From Polyangiales bacterium (GTDB lineage Bacteria; Myxococcota_A; Polyangia; Polyangiales; Ga0077539): a stretch of DNA of 64,000 bases. The stretch is from assembly GCA_044229975.1 (NCBI GenBank), contig JBGARZ010000020.1, positions 64,001-128,000 on the forward strand, in the 5' to 3' direction. The notes below the pieces were generated by a model, which did no database searches, had not been told where the DNA came from, and saw only the letters and a list, made by a program, of their open reading frames with translations. This document shows, piece after piece, positions 17,140-28,434 of the stretch. Position 1 is the stretch's first letter. Every line of letters begins with the position of its first letter. A program made the translations under genes and the position numbers.

Positions 17140-18642
17140 TCAGCGGACGTAGATGGGGCTGGTGTAGATCCAGACGACGTCGCGGATGAGGCGCTCCAGG
17201 CCCGGGAGGTAGGGTCGCGCGTGGTTGGGCATCATGCGGACCTCGGCGCGGTACACGCCCGCCGTCGTGGGCGTAAACGACAGGTCGCCGGTGTCGGCCG
17301 TCGCGACCTCGGTCCACTCGCCGGAGGTCTGCGCGCGCAGGATGCGCAGGCGCGTGGTGGGCACCGGCAGCGTCGCGTTGAGGTTGTTGACCGTCGGTCG
17401 CGTCACGCGAAGAACGGGCGCGCCGGTGAGCATCACCTCGGAGCCGATCTCGCTGACCGTGCCGCCCGACGTCGAGGTGTAGCTGAAGCCGACGGGCGTC
17501 CCGTACGCTTCGAAGGCGACGAAGTTGCGGCTCTCGCGGAGTGCTTCGAGGGCGCTCTCGCGGGTGAGCTCGCCGCGCACCAGCAGCTCGTTGGAGAACC
17601 ACCGGAACACCCGTCGGTAGCTGTCGCCGCGCTCGCCGTCGCCGAGCGGAACAGGGAGGACGTTTTCGTGCGCGTCGCTGCCCGCGATGCCGGGGATGCG
17701 GCGACCCTCGGCGAGCAGCGTGGCCCACTTGCGCAGGTCGTTGGTGTTCTCCGTGAACCACGTCAGGAACAAGAACTCGGGGTCGAGCGCGGGCCTCCGC
17801 TGGAACTGGAGGATGTCCGCGAGCGCGGGCCCGACGTTGAAGCCCAGGTGCGGACCCGCGATGCGCGGGTCGAGGTTGGCGTGGACGTTGTAGATCTCGA
17901 CGATGTCGGGCTGCACCTCGCGGAGGTACTCGATGGAGCGCTGCTCGACGTGGGGGATGGCCACCATGGCGCCGGCCGCCCGGAAGCGCGCGGCGGCCTC
18001 GGGGCCGTCGGCGTTGTAGGCGTTGTTGAGGCTGCCCCCGACGAGGTCGGGGTGGCGCCGCAGCGCGATGGGCATGAGGTCGTTTTCGGCGCCGGGGAAG
18101 AGCAGCACGCGGTGCCCGTCGGCGCACCCGATGCTCGACCCGACGACCTGTCCGCCCTCCATCACGGGCATGTCTCCGGGGCGCATCTGGAGCACCGTCT
18201 CGTAGGGCACCGAGGCCATGCGGTCGTCGTGCTCGGTGAGGAAGATCACGTCGAGGTTGGAGCGGCACAGGGCGCGTCGCCAGCTCTGGAGGCACGGCTC
18301 GTTGGGCCCGCCGTCGACGTAGGGGTTGCCGTCGCACGCGTCGTGCGAGTGCACCGAGTGCGAGTGGATGATCGCCCGCACGGTGCGGTACCCGCGGGCC
18401 TCGCCCATCACCCGCGCGCTCACGAGCTCGCGCGGCCACGTCGGCGGCGCGGGGACGTCGGGCAGCGTCACGTCGGGGAGCTCGTCGACGTCGTCGACGG
18501 TCCCGGCATCGGCGCCGAGGTCGGTGGTGCCGAGGTCGTTGACCTGACCCGCGTCGGGGGTCGGCGTGGGTGTGTTGGTGGATTCGCACCCGAGGGCGAG
18601 GGCGACGGAGAACGCGAGCGGAGCAAGGGCGGGCTTCATCAC
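17140..18642 (-). CDS. Lipoprotein with a PHP-like metallohydrolase domain (CehA/McbA-like)
   Basis: Lipobox ALGC; HSHSVHSHD, LTEH, EIYN and GSDAH metal-binding motifs. Confidence 0.75.
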   Translation of the reverse strand: MMKPALAPLAFSVALALGCESTNTPTPTPDAGQVNDLGTTDLGADAGTVDDVDELPDVTLPDVPAPPTWPRELVSARVMGEARGYRTVRAIIHSHSVHSHDACDGNPYVDGGPNEPCLQSWRRALCRSNLDVIFLTEHDDRMASVPYETVLQMRPGDMPVMEGGQVVGSSIGCADGHRVLLFPGAENDLMPIALRRHPDLVGGSLNNAYNADGPEAAARFRAAGAMVAIPHVEQRSIEYLREVQPDIVEIYNVHANLDPRIAGPHLGFNVGPALADILQFQRRPALDPEFLFLTWFTENTNDLRKWATLLAEGRRIPGIAGSDAHENVLPVPLGDGERGDSYRRVFRWFSNELLVRGELTRESALEALRESRNFVAFEAYGTPVGFSYTSTSGGTVSEIGSEVMLTGAPVLRVTRPTVNNLNATLPVPTTRLRILRAQTSGEWTEVATADTGDLSFTPTTAGVYRAEVRMMPNHARPYLPGLERLIRDVVWIYTSPIYVR

Positions 18643-18827
18643 GGCGGGTACCTATACCGCAACGTCGGCGGAGAGGATCTGTTCGTCTGTTCACGACGCG
18701 CTACGTCAGCGTGGAGAGCCGGTCGCGGACTCCAAAACCCGGTGATAGTCTCCGCGCCGGAACGACCACCCACGGACCGAGGAGGCTGTCTTCGGGTTGA
18801 GGTGGTCACAGACACGGAGAGTCAGTG

Positions 18828-20612
<1,785 letters not shown>

Positions 20613-20623
20613 GCCGCGCTCAG

Positions 20624-20661
20624 GTCGCTGGGGTTCGGGCGATGGCCCTCACCCCAGCGAC
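20624..20661. terminator. Hairpin between convergent genes (possible bidirectional terminator)
   Basis: GTCGCTGGGGT...ACCCCAGCGAC 11-bp stem with an inner GGGC/GCCC stem; no U-tract. Confidence 0.5.
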
Positions 20662-20662
20662 G

Positions 20663-21583
20663 TCAGCGAGTCGCCTCTGTCACGCAACGAAACCCGTTGT
20701 TGGAGAACGCCGCCCGCGCCTCCGCATGGCCGCGGTACCACAGCCCGTAGCCCTCGCAGGTACACGTCGCGCACCACCACGATCCGCCGCGCAGGACGCG
20801 GCGCTCCACGACGCCCGCGTCGGTCGGCGCGCCGTCGTCGAGCGGGCGCGCGTAGGCGTCGGCGCGGTAGACGTCAGCGGTCCACTGCCAGACGTTGCCC
20901 ACCGGGTCGTAGAGGCCCCATGCGTTGGGCGCGAACGCCCGCACCGGTGAGACGTAGACGTGCCCGTCGCGGCGGTCGTTGTGGGCGTGCGAGGCGCCCT
21001 GCCAGAAGTTGAGCCGGAGGTTGCCCGCCGCGTCGGTGGGCTCGTCGCCCCACGGGTAGCGCGTGCCGTACGAGCCCGCGCGCATCGCGTACTCCCACTC
21101 GGCTTCGGTGGGCAGGCGGCCGTGGCGCCAGGAGCAGTACGCGACGGCGTCGTGCCAGGAGACCATCACGACGGGAGCGTCGTCGCGGAGGAAGGCGCGG
21201 GTGTCGGCGTCCTCCGCGCGGAAGGGACGGCGCCAGTCGCCGTGGGGGACGCGGCGCCAGGCCCAGTCGTCCATGCCCTCGACGGACTCGATGCCGTAGC
21301 CACTGCGCTCGGCCGTGGTGACGTGGTGGGTGGCGGCCACGAAGCGCGCGAAGTCGGCGCGCGTGACCAGCGTGCGGTCGATGCAGAACGGCGCGACGGA
21401 CACCGGATGGGCGGGGCGTTCGTCGCGGCGGGGCGTTCGGTCGCGGCCCTGCGTGAAGGTCGCGGCGGCGAGGCACACGCGCGCGGCGTCGGAGGACGGA
21501 AGCGGCTGGGCGGAGGCGCGGGAGAGCGCGGAGAGCAACGCGAGGAGGAGCGCTGCGGGGCGTCTCCCCGGACGGCGAGTCAC
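20663..21583 (-). CDS. Formylglycine-generating enzyme (FGE/SUMF1) family protein, secreted
   Basis: RLPTEAEWEYA, PNAWGLYD..GNVWQW, RGGSWWCATCTC, GFRC; GTG start overlaps the upstream TGA. Confidence 0.85.
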   Translation of the reverse strand: MTRRPGRRPAALLLALLSALSRASAQPLPSSDAARVCLAAATFTQGRDRTPRRDERPAHPVSVAPFCIDRTLVTRADFARFVAATHHVTTAERSGYGIESVEGMDDWAWRRVPHGDWRRPFRAEDADTRAFLRDDAPVVMVSWHDAVAYCSWRHGRLPTEAEWEYAMRAGSYGTRYPWGDEPTDAAGNLRLNFWQGASHAHNDRRDGHVYVSPVRAFAPNAWGLYDPVGNVWQWTADVYRADAYARPLDDGAPTDAGVVERRVLRGGSWWCATCTCEGYGLWYRGHAEARAAFSNNGFRCVTEATR

Positions 21584-22281
21584 GGAGTGCAGGGGCCGCG
21601 CGCCGCGAGGGAGGCGACCTCGCCCGGCGGGAGTGCGCGGTCGTAGACCCTGACGTCGTCGATCGTTCCGACGAAGTACTCGTCGGTGGGGTTGCCCGGG
21701 ACGGCGCGCCCGACGAAGAGCGACTGGCCCATGGTGATGAGCATGCGTGTCTCGGTCCCGTCGGGCGTTCCGTCGACATAGAGGCGCGCGATGGTGCCGT
21801 CGTAGGTGGCCACGATGGAGTGCCAGACGTTGTCGTTGGTGGGCCGTGAGCCGTTGAAGCCGTAGGTCGACGACGCGCGCCCGCACCGGTCTGCGTCGAG
21901 GGCGGCACCGGCGACGACGCCGCCGGGGGCGCCCGTTCCGCTGGAATCGTTGGCGTTGCCGTCGAACGCGTAGTGGGCGATCAGGCCGACCGTGAGGGGG
22001 TCGATGCCAGCGTCGGTTCCCACATCGACGACGGTAGGAGCGTCGGCGGTGGGTACGTCGACAGACCCCGCGTCGACGACGTCAACTTGATCGGAGGTGG
22101 TCACGTCCGCGAGAGCGACGTCGCCCGGAACGTCCTCCGCCGAGGCATCGATCGGGGCAGGCAACAGCGCCGCCGGGCGACACCCCGACGCGATGGTGAC
22201 CAGCCCCGCTAACACCGCGCGCCGCATCCGCAGCCATCGCGTCGGTGTGGTGAGTCGGAGCCCCTCTCTCATGCGGCGCAT
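21580..22281 (-). CDS. LamG/concanavalin-like domain lipoprotein, apparently with an internal deletion
   Basis: Lipobox ASGC; AHYAFDGNANDSSG, WHSIVATYDG, LYVDG, GTIDDVRVYDRAL; the central strands seem to be missing. Confidence 0.65.
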   Translation of the reverse strand: MRRMREGLRLTTPTRWLRMRRAVLAGLVTIASGCRPAALLPAPIDASAEDVPGDVALADVTTSDQVDVVDAGSVDVPTADAPTVVDVGTDAGIDPLTVGLIAHYAFDGNANDSSGTGAPGGVVAGAALDADRCGRASSTYGFNGSRPTNDNVWHSIVATYDGTIARLYVDGTPDGTETRMLITMGQSLFVGRAVPGNPTDEYFVGTIDDVRVYDRALPPGEVASLAARGPCTP

Positions 22282-22378
22282 GCTGCCTTCGCTCGTCGTC
22301 GGGCGTCAAACGTCGCTCTGGATCGGCAGCGTTCCAAGTCGAGGCCAAGCGTCCCGGGTTGAGACCCACGATGCTCGC

Positions 22379-22420
22379 GCCGGGGTTCACGACGCAGGGC
22401 CTGCACCGTGAACCCCGGCC
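22379..22420. repeat. Short palindrome sharing its termini with the 11484-11723 element
   Basis: GCCGGGGTTCACGACGCAGGGCCTGCACCGTGAACCCCGGCC; the right half matches 11702-11723. Confidence 0.85.
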
Positions 22421-22431
22421 TATTGCCAACG

Positions 22432-24522
22432 TCAGAGCAACGGCGGCCGCGCGAGGCACGACTCCACCGACGCGCCACCGCCCTGGCCCGCGCCCACCGC
22501 CGCGAAGGCGCCCTCGATCTGCCGCCGCTGTCCCGCCCACCGCGGCGACGTGAAGTGCCTCCGCATCGCCCCGCGCGCCGCATCGTCGAGGAACCACGAC
22601 GTCGGAATACGCGACAGCTCCGTCGGCGGCATGTCGACGAGCACGCAGCCGAAGCGCACGCCGAACTCCGCGGCGAGGCGCGTGATCATCAGCCGGTGCA
22701 GCATCTGACCGCGGCCGACCTCGGCGCCCTTCAACGCCGACATGATCTCCCACTCGCCGGGCAGCGCGCTGTGGGCCTCCGTCGCCGACGCGTCGAGCAC
22801 CACCAGCAGCACGCCCCGGCGGCGGAGCTCCTCGCGCTCGTGCAGCAGCAGCGGATACAAGCCCTGCACCCCGGAGTTGAGAAACACACCGCCGTCCGTG
22901 ATGCGCGTCGAGCGCTGGTCGGTGAGGTGTTCGTGTCCCGTGAGCGGGTGCAGCGCCGTCACTGGAATCAACGGAAAGGCCAACGGGAAGTTGGCCGACG
23001 CGCGCGCCGCGCTGAGCAGCGGAACGTCCATCCCCGGCGCGATCTCCTGCAACGTGTGGGAGGCGTCACGGTCGCACACCCACGCTTCGCCCAGGCCGCG
23101 GGCCTCGCGGCAGACGCTGCGGTCTTCGGCGTCGAAGACGCGCGACGCGAAGGGGCTGAGCAGCACCGGGTGGCCGAGCATGTCGGCGGAGTTGAGGATC
23201 GGGACGGGGAAGCGGGTGTCGCCTGAGTTCCAGGAGCGGGCGAGCGAGGCGAGGGTGACGCCCTGGAGCGAGAGCCGCGAGCGCCACTCCGACTCGACGG
23301 CGGCGGCGCGGTCGTGGTGGGTTCCGATGGCGCGCAGCAAGGGCCAGACGTAGTCGGTCTCCATCGCGGCGCGGTAGCCCGCGGGGGTGACGCGGCCGAG
23401 GCGCAGCGCGACGTAGCCGGACATCGCGAGCGATCCGCCCGACACGCCGCTCACCGACTCGATGGCGGCCGACACGGCAGGCAGCTCGCGGTCGATGGCG
23501 AGCAGCGACGAGGCCGCGAAGGTCGCCGCGCGCGACCCGCCACCCGAGGCCGCGACGACGACGATCGGGCCCTCACCGGAGCGGGGCCAGCGGTCGGCGG
23601 TGATCCAGGGTGCGCGAGCGGGGGTGGAGGTGTTGGTGGCGTGCGCGGGGTCGTCGGGCAGCGCGAGCCACGGGGAGTCCGGCGCGTAGCCGAGCGCGCC
23701 CCACACGGCGAAGGCGCCGACGATGGCGGCGATGAAGCGGATGGGCCGCGGGTCGAAGTAGTCCCAGGTGTCGAGCCCGTGACCGACCATGAGGATGAAG
23801 CACAGCCCCGTGGTGACGACGAAGGGCGTGCGGAAGGTGGTGTCGGAGGGAGCGACCAGCAGGATGACGGCGAAGGCGATGACGAAGCCGACGAGCAGCG
23901 TGGCGAGGCGGAGCAGCACCTGTCGCACCGCGGCGGCGGGCGGCCACGCCTTCACCCACTCGTCGGGCGGCAGCGCGCGCGGACTCCAGAACGACGCGAC
24001 GCCCAGCGGCCGCATCCCGAAGACCACCGCCATCCCGACCACAAAGAACGCCACGAAGGACCACAGCCCCGCCATCGACTGGAGCACCACGCTGCGGACG
24101 ATCGCCGAGGTGAAGATCAGCGCGAGGACGAGCAGCCCCGAGGCGATGGTGAGCGAGAAGCGCTGGGCCATCTCGGTGATGCGCTCCAGCGTCCAGTAGA
24201 AGCGCGTCGCGCGGTTGTGGCCGATGGCGGCGTCGAGCAGGTCGTGTGAGCGCGCGGCGAGCTCGGTGATGGGTTCAGCGCGGGCGTCGTCGTCGGCCGT
24301 GGAGACGCGGGCGACGGCCTCGGCGACGGCGTCGACCGCGGCGAGCGTGGGCCCCGGCTGGCTGACGGCGCGGGCTTCGGCGAGGAGGGTGGAGATGGTT
24401 CGGGTCGCCCAGGCGGTGATCGCGTGGCGGGCGGCGGCGGAGCTGTTGTGGCCGCGCAGGCCGGAGGCGAAGAGCGCGAAGTAGAGGATCTGGCGGGCGA
24501 GCGCGACGAGCCGGAGGTTCAT
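22432..24522 (-). CDS. Multi-pass membrane protein with a C-terminal patatin-like domain
   Basis: Several TM helices, then ASGGGSRAA, GVSGGS, ASANFP, TDGG. Confidence 0.75.
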   Translation of the reverse strand: MNLRLVALARQILYFALFASGLRGHNSSAAARHAITAWATRTISTLLAEARAVSQPGPTLAAVDAVAEAVARVSTADDDARAEPITELAARSHDLLDAAIGHNRATRFYWTLERITEMAQRFSLTIASGLLVLALIFTSAIVRSVVLQSMAGLWSFVAFFVVGMAVVFGMRPLGVASFWSPRALPPDEWVKAWPPAAAVRQVLLRLATLLVGFVIAFAVILLVAPSDTTFRTPFVVTTGLCFILMVGHGLDTWDYFDPRPIRFIAAIVGAFAVWGALGYAPDSPWLALPDDPAHATNTSTPARAPWITADRWPRSGEGPIVVVAASGGGSRAATFAASSLLAIDRELPAVSAAIESVSGVSGGSLAMSGYVALRLGRVTPAGYRAAMETDYVWPLLRAIGTHHDRAAAVESEWRSRLSLQGVTLASLARSWNSGDTRFPVPILNSADMLGHPVLLSPFASRVFDAEDRSVCREARGLGEAWVCDRDASHTLQEIAPGMDVPLLSAARASANFPLAFPLIPVTALHPLTGHEHLTDQRSTRITDGGVFLNSGVQGLYPLLLHEREELRRRGVLLVVLDASATEAHSALPGEWEIMSALKGAEVGRGQMLHRLMITRLAAEFGVRFGCVLVDMPPTELSRIPTSWFLDDAARGAMRRHFTSPRWAGQRRQIEGAFAAVGAGQGGGASVESCLARPPLL

Positions 24523-24562
24523 CGACGCCGGAGGCTACACCGCGTCGGGCGGAGGGCGAGCG

Positions 24563-25027
24563 TCAGCCGTTGTCGCGGAAGCCGCCGTTGACCCAGCGCT
24601 GCGCGCCTGCCGGGGAGAGCTTGTAGCTGGGCGGCATCCGCACCTTCGCGACGCACTCGTCGGACTCGTCCCACGCCGTCAGGAAGGCGTGCGGATCATC
24701 TTCATCAGGGGCGATGTCGAGGTCGACGCGCACCCGCCGCCCGTCGCTGTTGGTGACGGTGGTGCTCTTGTGGAGCTGCGCGCGGCGCTGGTGGGCGTGT
24801 CGCTGCAACACCTCGGTGGCGGTCTTCACCAGGGTGTTGAAGGCGTTTTGATCGAGGGGCTTCGGGTTCTTCTTGTCGCGGCCCATGGTCCACGGGCCGA
24901 CGAGCGCGGGCTCGGGCTCGCCGTCCTGGATCATCTCCACGGCCCAGCCATCATCGCTGTCGTTCTTGATGACCTTGGCGGTCCATCCATCGGCGATCCA
25001 GAGGCGGGGGTCTTGCTCGGTGGGCAT
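24563..25027 (-). CDS. Conserved-looking hypothetical protein
   Basis: Good codon bias; GPWTMGRDKKNPKPLD motif; start taken at MPTEQ. Confidence 0.7.
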   Translation of the reverse strand: MPTEQDPRLWIADGWTAKVIKNDSDDGWAVEMIQDGEPEPALVGPWTMGRDKKNPKPLDQNAFNTLVKTATEVLQRHAHQRRAQLHKSTTVTNSDGRRVRVDLDIAPDEDDPHAFLTAWDESDECVAKVRMPPSYKLSPAGAQRWVNGGFRDNG

Positions 25028-25113
25028 GTCCGTCGTGTACCCGTCGGCCCTCATAGCGTCCAGCGAAGGCGTGACATTCGCTGTCCGACTCGCGCTATAG
25101 CGAACGCCCGACG

Positions 25114-25884
25114 ATGAGCACCTCACCTTCCCTGCGCGCGTGGCTCCGAGAGGGGCCGTTTACCCTGGCGATGTCGTCGGGCTTCTTCGGGTTCTATGTT
25201 CATGCGGGGGCGCTGACGACGCTGGTCGACGCGGGCTTCTCGCCCAACGCCGCGACGGGGTCGAGCGCGGGCGCGCTGGTGACCGGGATGTACGCGGGCG
25301 GCGTCACGCTCGACGCGATGCGAGAGCGGCTGGCGACGCTGCGACGGGAGGACTTCTGGGATCCGGCGCCGGGCGCGGGGCTGCTGCGGGGCAAGCGGTT
25401 TCGCGCGCTGTTGGAGGAGATGATCCCAGTGGCTGACATCGGCGATGCGCCGGTGGCGTACGCGCCGAGCGTGTTCGACCTCGGGTCGCGACGGACGGAG
25501 GTGCTGCGAACAGGGAGCGTGGCGGCGGCCATCCACGCGTCGTGCGCGCTGCCGGTGTTGTTTCAGCCGGTGCGCATCGGCGGGCGGTTGTACAGCGACG
25601 GCGGCATCGCCGACCGACCGGGAATCGCAGGCGTGAAGGAGGGCGAGCGGGTGCTGTACCACCACCTGGCGTCGCGCTCTCCGTGGCGGAGCGTCGGGTC
25701 GATGTCGATGCGGGTTCCGCGACGGGAGGGATTGGCGGCGGTGTCCATCGAGGGGCTGCTGCGGGTGAATCCGTTCGCGCTGGAGCGCGGGATGAAGGCG
25801 TTTGCGATGGCGGAGAAGGCGATGCGGCGGGCGCTGGAGATGCCGATGCGCGATGGGCTCGTGGCGCTGGATGCGGTGGGGTGA
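25114..25884 (+). CDS. Patatin-like phospholipase
   Basis: SSGFFGFYVHAG, GSSAG nucleophile, ASCALP, DGG. Confidence 0.85.
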   Translation: MSTSPSLRAWLREGPFTLAMSSGFFGFYVHAGALTTLVDAGFSPNAATGSSAGALVTGMYAGGVTLDAMRERLATLRREDFWDPAPGAGLLRGKRFRALLEEMIPVADIGDAPVAYAPSVFDLGSRRTEVLRTGSVAAAIHASCALPVLFQPVRIGGRLYSDGGIADRPGIAGVKEGERVLYHHLASRSPWRSVGSMSMRVPRREGLAAVSIEGLLRVNPFALERGMKAFAMAEKAMRRALEMPMRDGLVALDAVG

Positions 25885-25886
25885 CG

Positions 25887-26294
25887 TCAGTCGTCGAAGG
25901 TCGGCGCCGCGTACTGAAGCACTTCGTTTCTACCCATCGAGCGCCGCCCGTTTGTGGGTGGAGCCGGTTTCACCTTTTCAACTTCTCCCACTGTCTGAAC
26001 AGCGCCGAGGTACTCCTCCAGCGCGTCCAGGGCTCCGACGACGTCGTGGAGTTCCTTCTCCAGGAGCTCATCGATCAGGTCGCCTTCCCACCAGTCTTCG
26101 ATCGCGACTCCCAGTTCGCCCCGTTCCACCCTCGCCCTGCGCTCTCTCAGCGCGTCCAACAACCCTCGCGGACCCAGGTCGGCAATCAGGGCATGGGACA
26201 ACCAGAACGATCGGTTGGGCGCGTAGTGGACCCCTCCTTTGTAGGCCCACCCCACAGCCACGAGCCTCCTAAAAACCTCCTCCGCGTCCATCAT
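25887..26294 (-). CDS. Small hypothetical protein, lower GC
   Basis: ORF starting MMDAEEVF just downstream of the enoyl-CoA hydratase. Confidence 0.5.
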   Translation of the reverse strand: MMDAEEVFRRLVAVGWAYKGGVHYAPNRSFWLSHALIADLGPRGLLDALRERRARVERGELGVAIEDWWEGDLIDELLEKELHDVVGALDALEEYLGAVQTVGEVEKVKPAPPTNGRRSMGRNEVLQYAAPTFDD

Positions 26295-26305
26295 GCGCGT
26301 CGGTA

Positions 26306-27103
26306 TCAATCGTCGAAGACCGCCGCCCGCTTCTGCATCACGGCCATCACCGCCTCCATCTGCTCGGCACCGCCCAGCAGCGTCCGTTGCAGATCGGACT
26401 CCAGCCGCAGCGCCGCGCCCACGTCGAGCCCGCGCGATTCGCTGAGCAACCGCTTCGCCGCTCGCACTGCGCGGGGCGCCTGCGCCGCGATGGTGCGCGC
26501 CGTCTCCAGCGCCGCTGCGATCGGGTCGTCGCACGATCGCGTGGCCAGACCCATCGCGACGGCTTCTTCGCCCGACACGCGGCGCCCGGTGAAGGTCAGC
26601 TCGCGCGCCACATCGGGCCGCACGAGGCCCGGTAGAAAGGTGCTCAGACCCATGTCGGGGATGAGCCCGTAGCGCACCTCCATCACCGAGAGCTGCGTCG
26701 CCGGATGCACGTAGCGGAGGTCGGCGCCGAGCGCGATCTGCAAGCCTCCACCAAAGGCCACGCCGTGCACCGCGGCGATGACGGGCATCGGCAGCTCGGC
26801 CCACACCCGCGACACCTGCTGGGCGAGGTTGGCGGTGCGCCCGACGGGTCGATCGAGCAGCCGCGTCGCCGCGTCGGCGCCGACCTCCATGAACGCCGGC
26901 CAGTCGAGTCCCGCGCAGAACACCGGCCCTTCACCGGAGAGCACCACCGCGCGCACGCCGCGCTCGGCGGCGAGGCGATCGCCCGCGGCGACGATGCCTT
27001 CGAACATCGCGAGGTCGAGCCCGTTGCGCTTCTCCGGGCGGTTGAGGCGCACGTGCGCGACGTGTTGTTCCACGGTGACGAGGACACGATCAGTGGTGGT
27101 CAT
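26306..27103 (-). CDS. Enoyl-CoA hydratase/isomerase (crotonase) family protein
   Basis: LNRPEKRN, FCAGLD, VIAAVHGVAFGGG, EVRYGLIPDMG. Confidence 0.92.
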   Translation of the reverse strand: MTTTDRVLVTVEQHVAHVRLNRPEKRNGLDLAMFEGIVAAGDRLAAERGVRAVVLSGEGPVFCAGLDWPAFMEVGADAATRLLDRPVGRTANLAQQVSRVWAELPMPVIAAVHGVAFGGGLQIALGADLRYVHPATQLSVMEVRYGLIPDMGLSTFLPGLVRPDVARELTFTGRRVSGEEAVAMGLATRSCDDPIAAALETARTIAAQAPRAVRAAKRLLSESRGLDVGAALRLESDLQRTLLGGAEQMEAVMAVMQKRAAVFDD

Positions 27104-27160
27104 GGGAGCGGGACGATACGCGAGCGCCGACGCCGCGACGACCCCGCGCCCGCGGGCGCT

Positions 27161-28417
27161 TCATGGCCTCGGTGCGGCCATTCCTTCGGGCGCGACCCAG
27201 TACACGCCGCCGCCCTGGTCATCGCTGAAGAACAACCTTCCATCCGGCGCAAAGGTCACGTCCGTGATGCGCCCCACGATGCCTTCGCTGCGTCGCCCCC
27301 ATCCCGTGATGAAGTCCTGCCACTGCCCGTTGGGTCGACCCTGCGCGTCGAGCGGGCACCAGATGACCTTGGTGTCCTGCCAGGTCTCGAAAGCACCGTG
27401 CAGGCCCACGAAGAATCCGTTGCGCCACGGCGCCGGCCAGCGACCGCGCTCGAAGTCGATGCCGAAGGGCGTGTCGTTGAGCGGCCACGAGGTGAGCTCC
27501 TCCGCGACGCTCGCGCAGTTGGCGCCGTTGGCTCGTCCGGGCGGCGCCATGTCGTTGCGCCCCGCGCAGCAGGGATAGCCGTAGTTGCCGGGGCCCGCTC
27601 CGAGGCGCACCAGCTTCTCGCGACCGCGCGTTCCGGTAGCTGGGTCCCACGAGTCGTCGGAGAGCTCGGCGGCGTAACACTCGGTGCCCGCGGGGTCGCA
27701 CCGCAGGTACATCGGGTTGCGCATCCCCGACACGACCACCGCGGGTTCGAGGCTCCCCGGGACGAGCCGAAAGACGGCTCCCGCTCGCGGTGTTCCTGGG
27801 CACGTGTAGCTCTGGTACTGGCCCTGCGAGACGTAGATGGTTCCGTCGGCGGAGCGCGCGAGGGTGTGCGTCCAGCGGGCGGCGGGCGAGAGGCCCACCA
27901 TCGACGCGACCTGCTCGGGCGCGGTGGTCCCGATGCGACGCTGACCGGGCGCGTAGGGAACGCGAAACACCCCGGTGCTGCGGGTGTAGTAGAGCCACCC
28001 GTCGACGAAGAGCAGGCCGTGCACATCGGACAGGTTGCCCGCGAACTCGGTCACCTCGGCGATGCCGTCGCGGTTGTCGTCGGTGAGCACGGCGATCTGC
28101 CCGGTGCCCGGCGGAGCGAGCCCTGGCGTGCGCAGAGAGGGCGACGCCACGAAGAGGTCGCCGTTGGGAGAAAACGCCATCACCCGCGGCGCGGCGATGT
28201 TGGTGAAGCGCCTCACGCAGAACCCATACGGGTGCCCCGATCGGGTCACATCCGGCGCAGGGAGATCACAGAAGTAGGTCTCACCAGGCTGTCGATCGAG
28301 CGGCGGTCGCTCGGGATGAACGACCCCCGAATCAACCCCCTCCGGGCTGCCCGTACAGCCGACGAAGACGAGGGCCGTGACGGCGACGAGGCAGCTCCGA
28401 AGGGACAGCGCGCGCAT
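27161..28417 (-). CDS. Glucose/sorbosone dehydrogenase-like beta-propeller lipoprotein
   Basis: Lipobox FVGC; PRVMAFSPNGDLFV, GMRNP, NYGYPCC, DGRLFFSDD. Confidence 0.75.
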   Translation of the reverse strand: MRALSLRSCLVAVTALVFVGCTGSPEGVDSGVVHPERPPLDRQPGETYFCDLPAPDVTRSGHPYGFCVRRFTNIAAPRVMAFSPNGDLFVASPSLRTPGLAPPGTGQIAVLTDDNRDGIAEVTEFAGNLSDVHGLLFVDGWLYYTRSTGVFRVPYAPGQRRIGTTAPEQVASMVGLSPAARWTHTLARSADGTIYVSQGQYQSYTCPGTPRAGAVFRLVPGSLEPAVVVSGMRNPMYLRCDPAGTECYAAELSDDSWDPATGTRGREKLVRLGAGPGNYGYPCCAGRNDMAPPGRANGANCASVAEELTSWPLNDTPFGIDFERGRWPAPWRNGFFVGLHGAFETWQDTKVIWCPLDAQGRPNGQWQDFITGWGRRSEGIVGRITDVTFAPDGRLFFSDDQGGGVYWVAPEGMAAPRP

Positions 28418-28434
28418 GGGGGTTGTCCGGTGGT

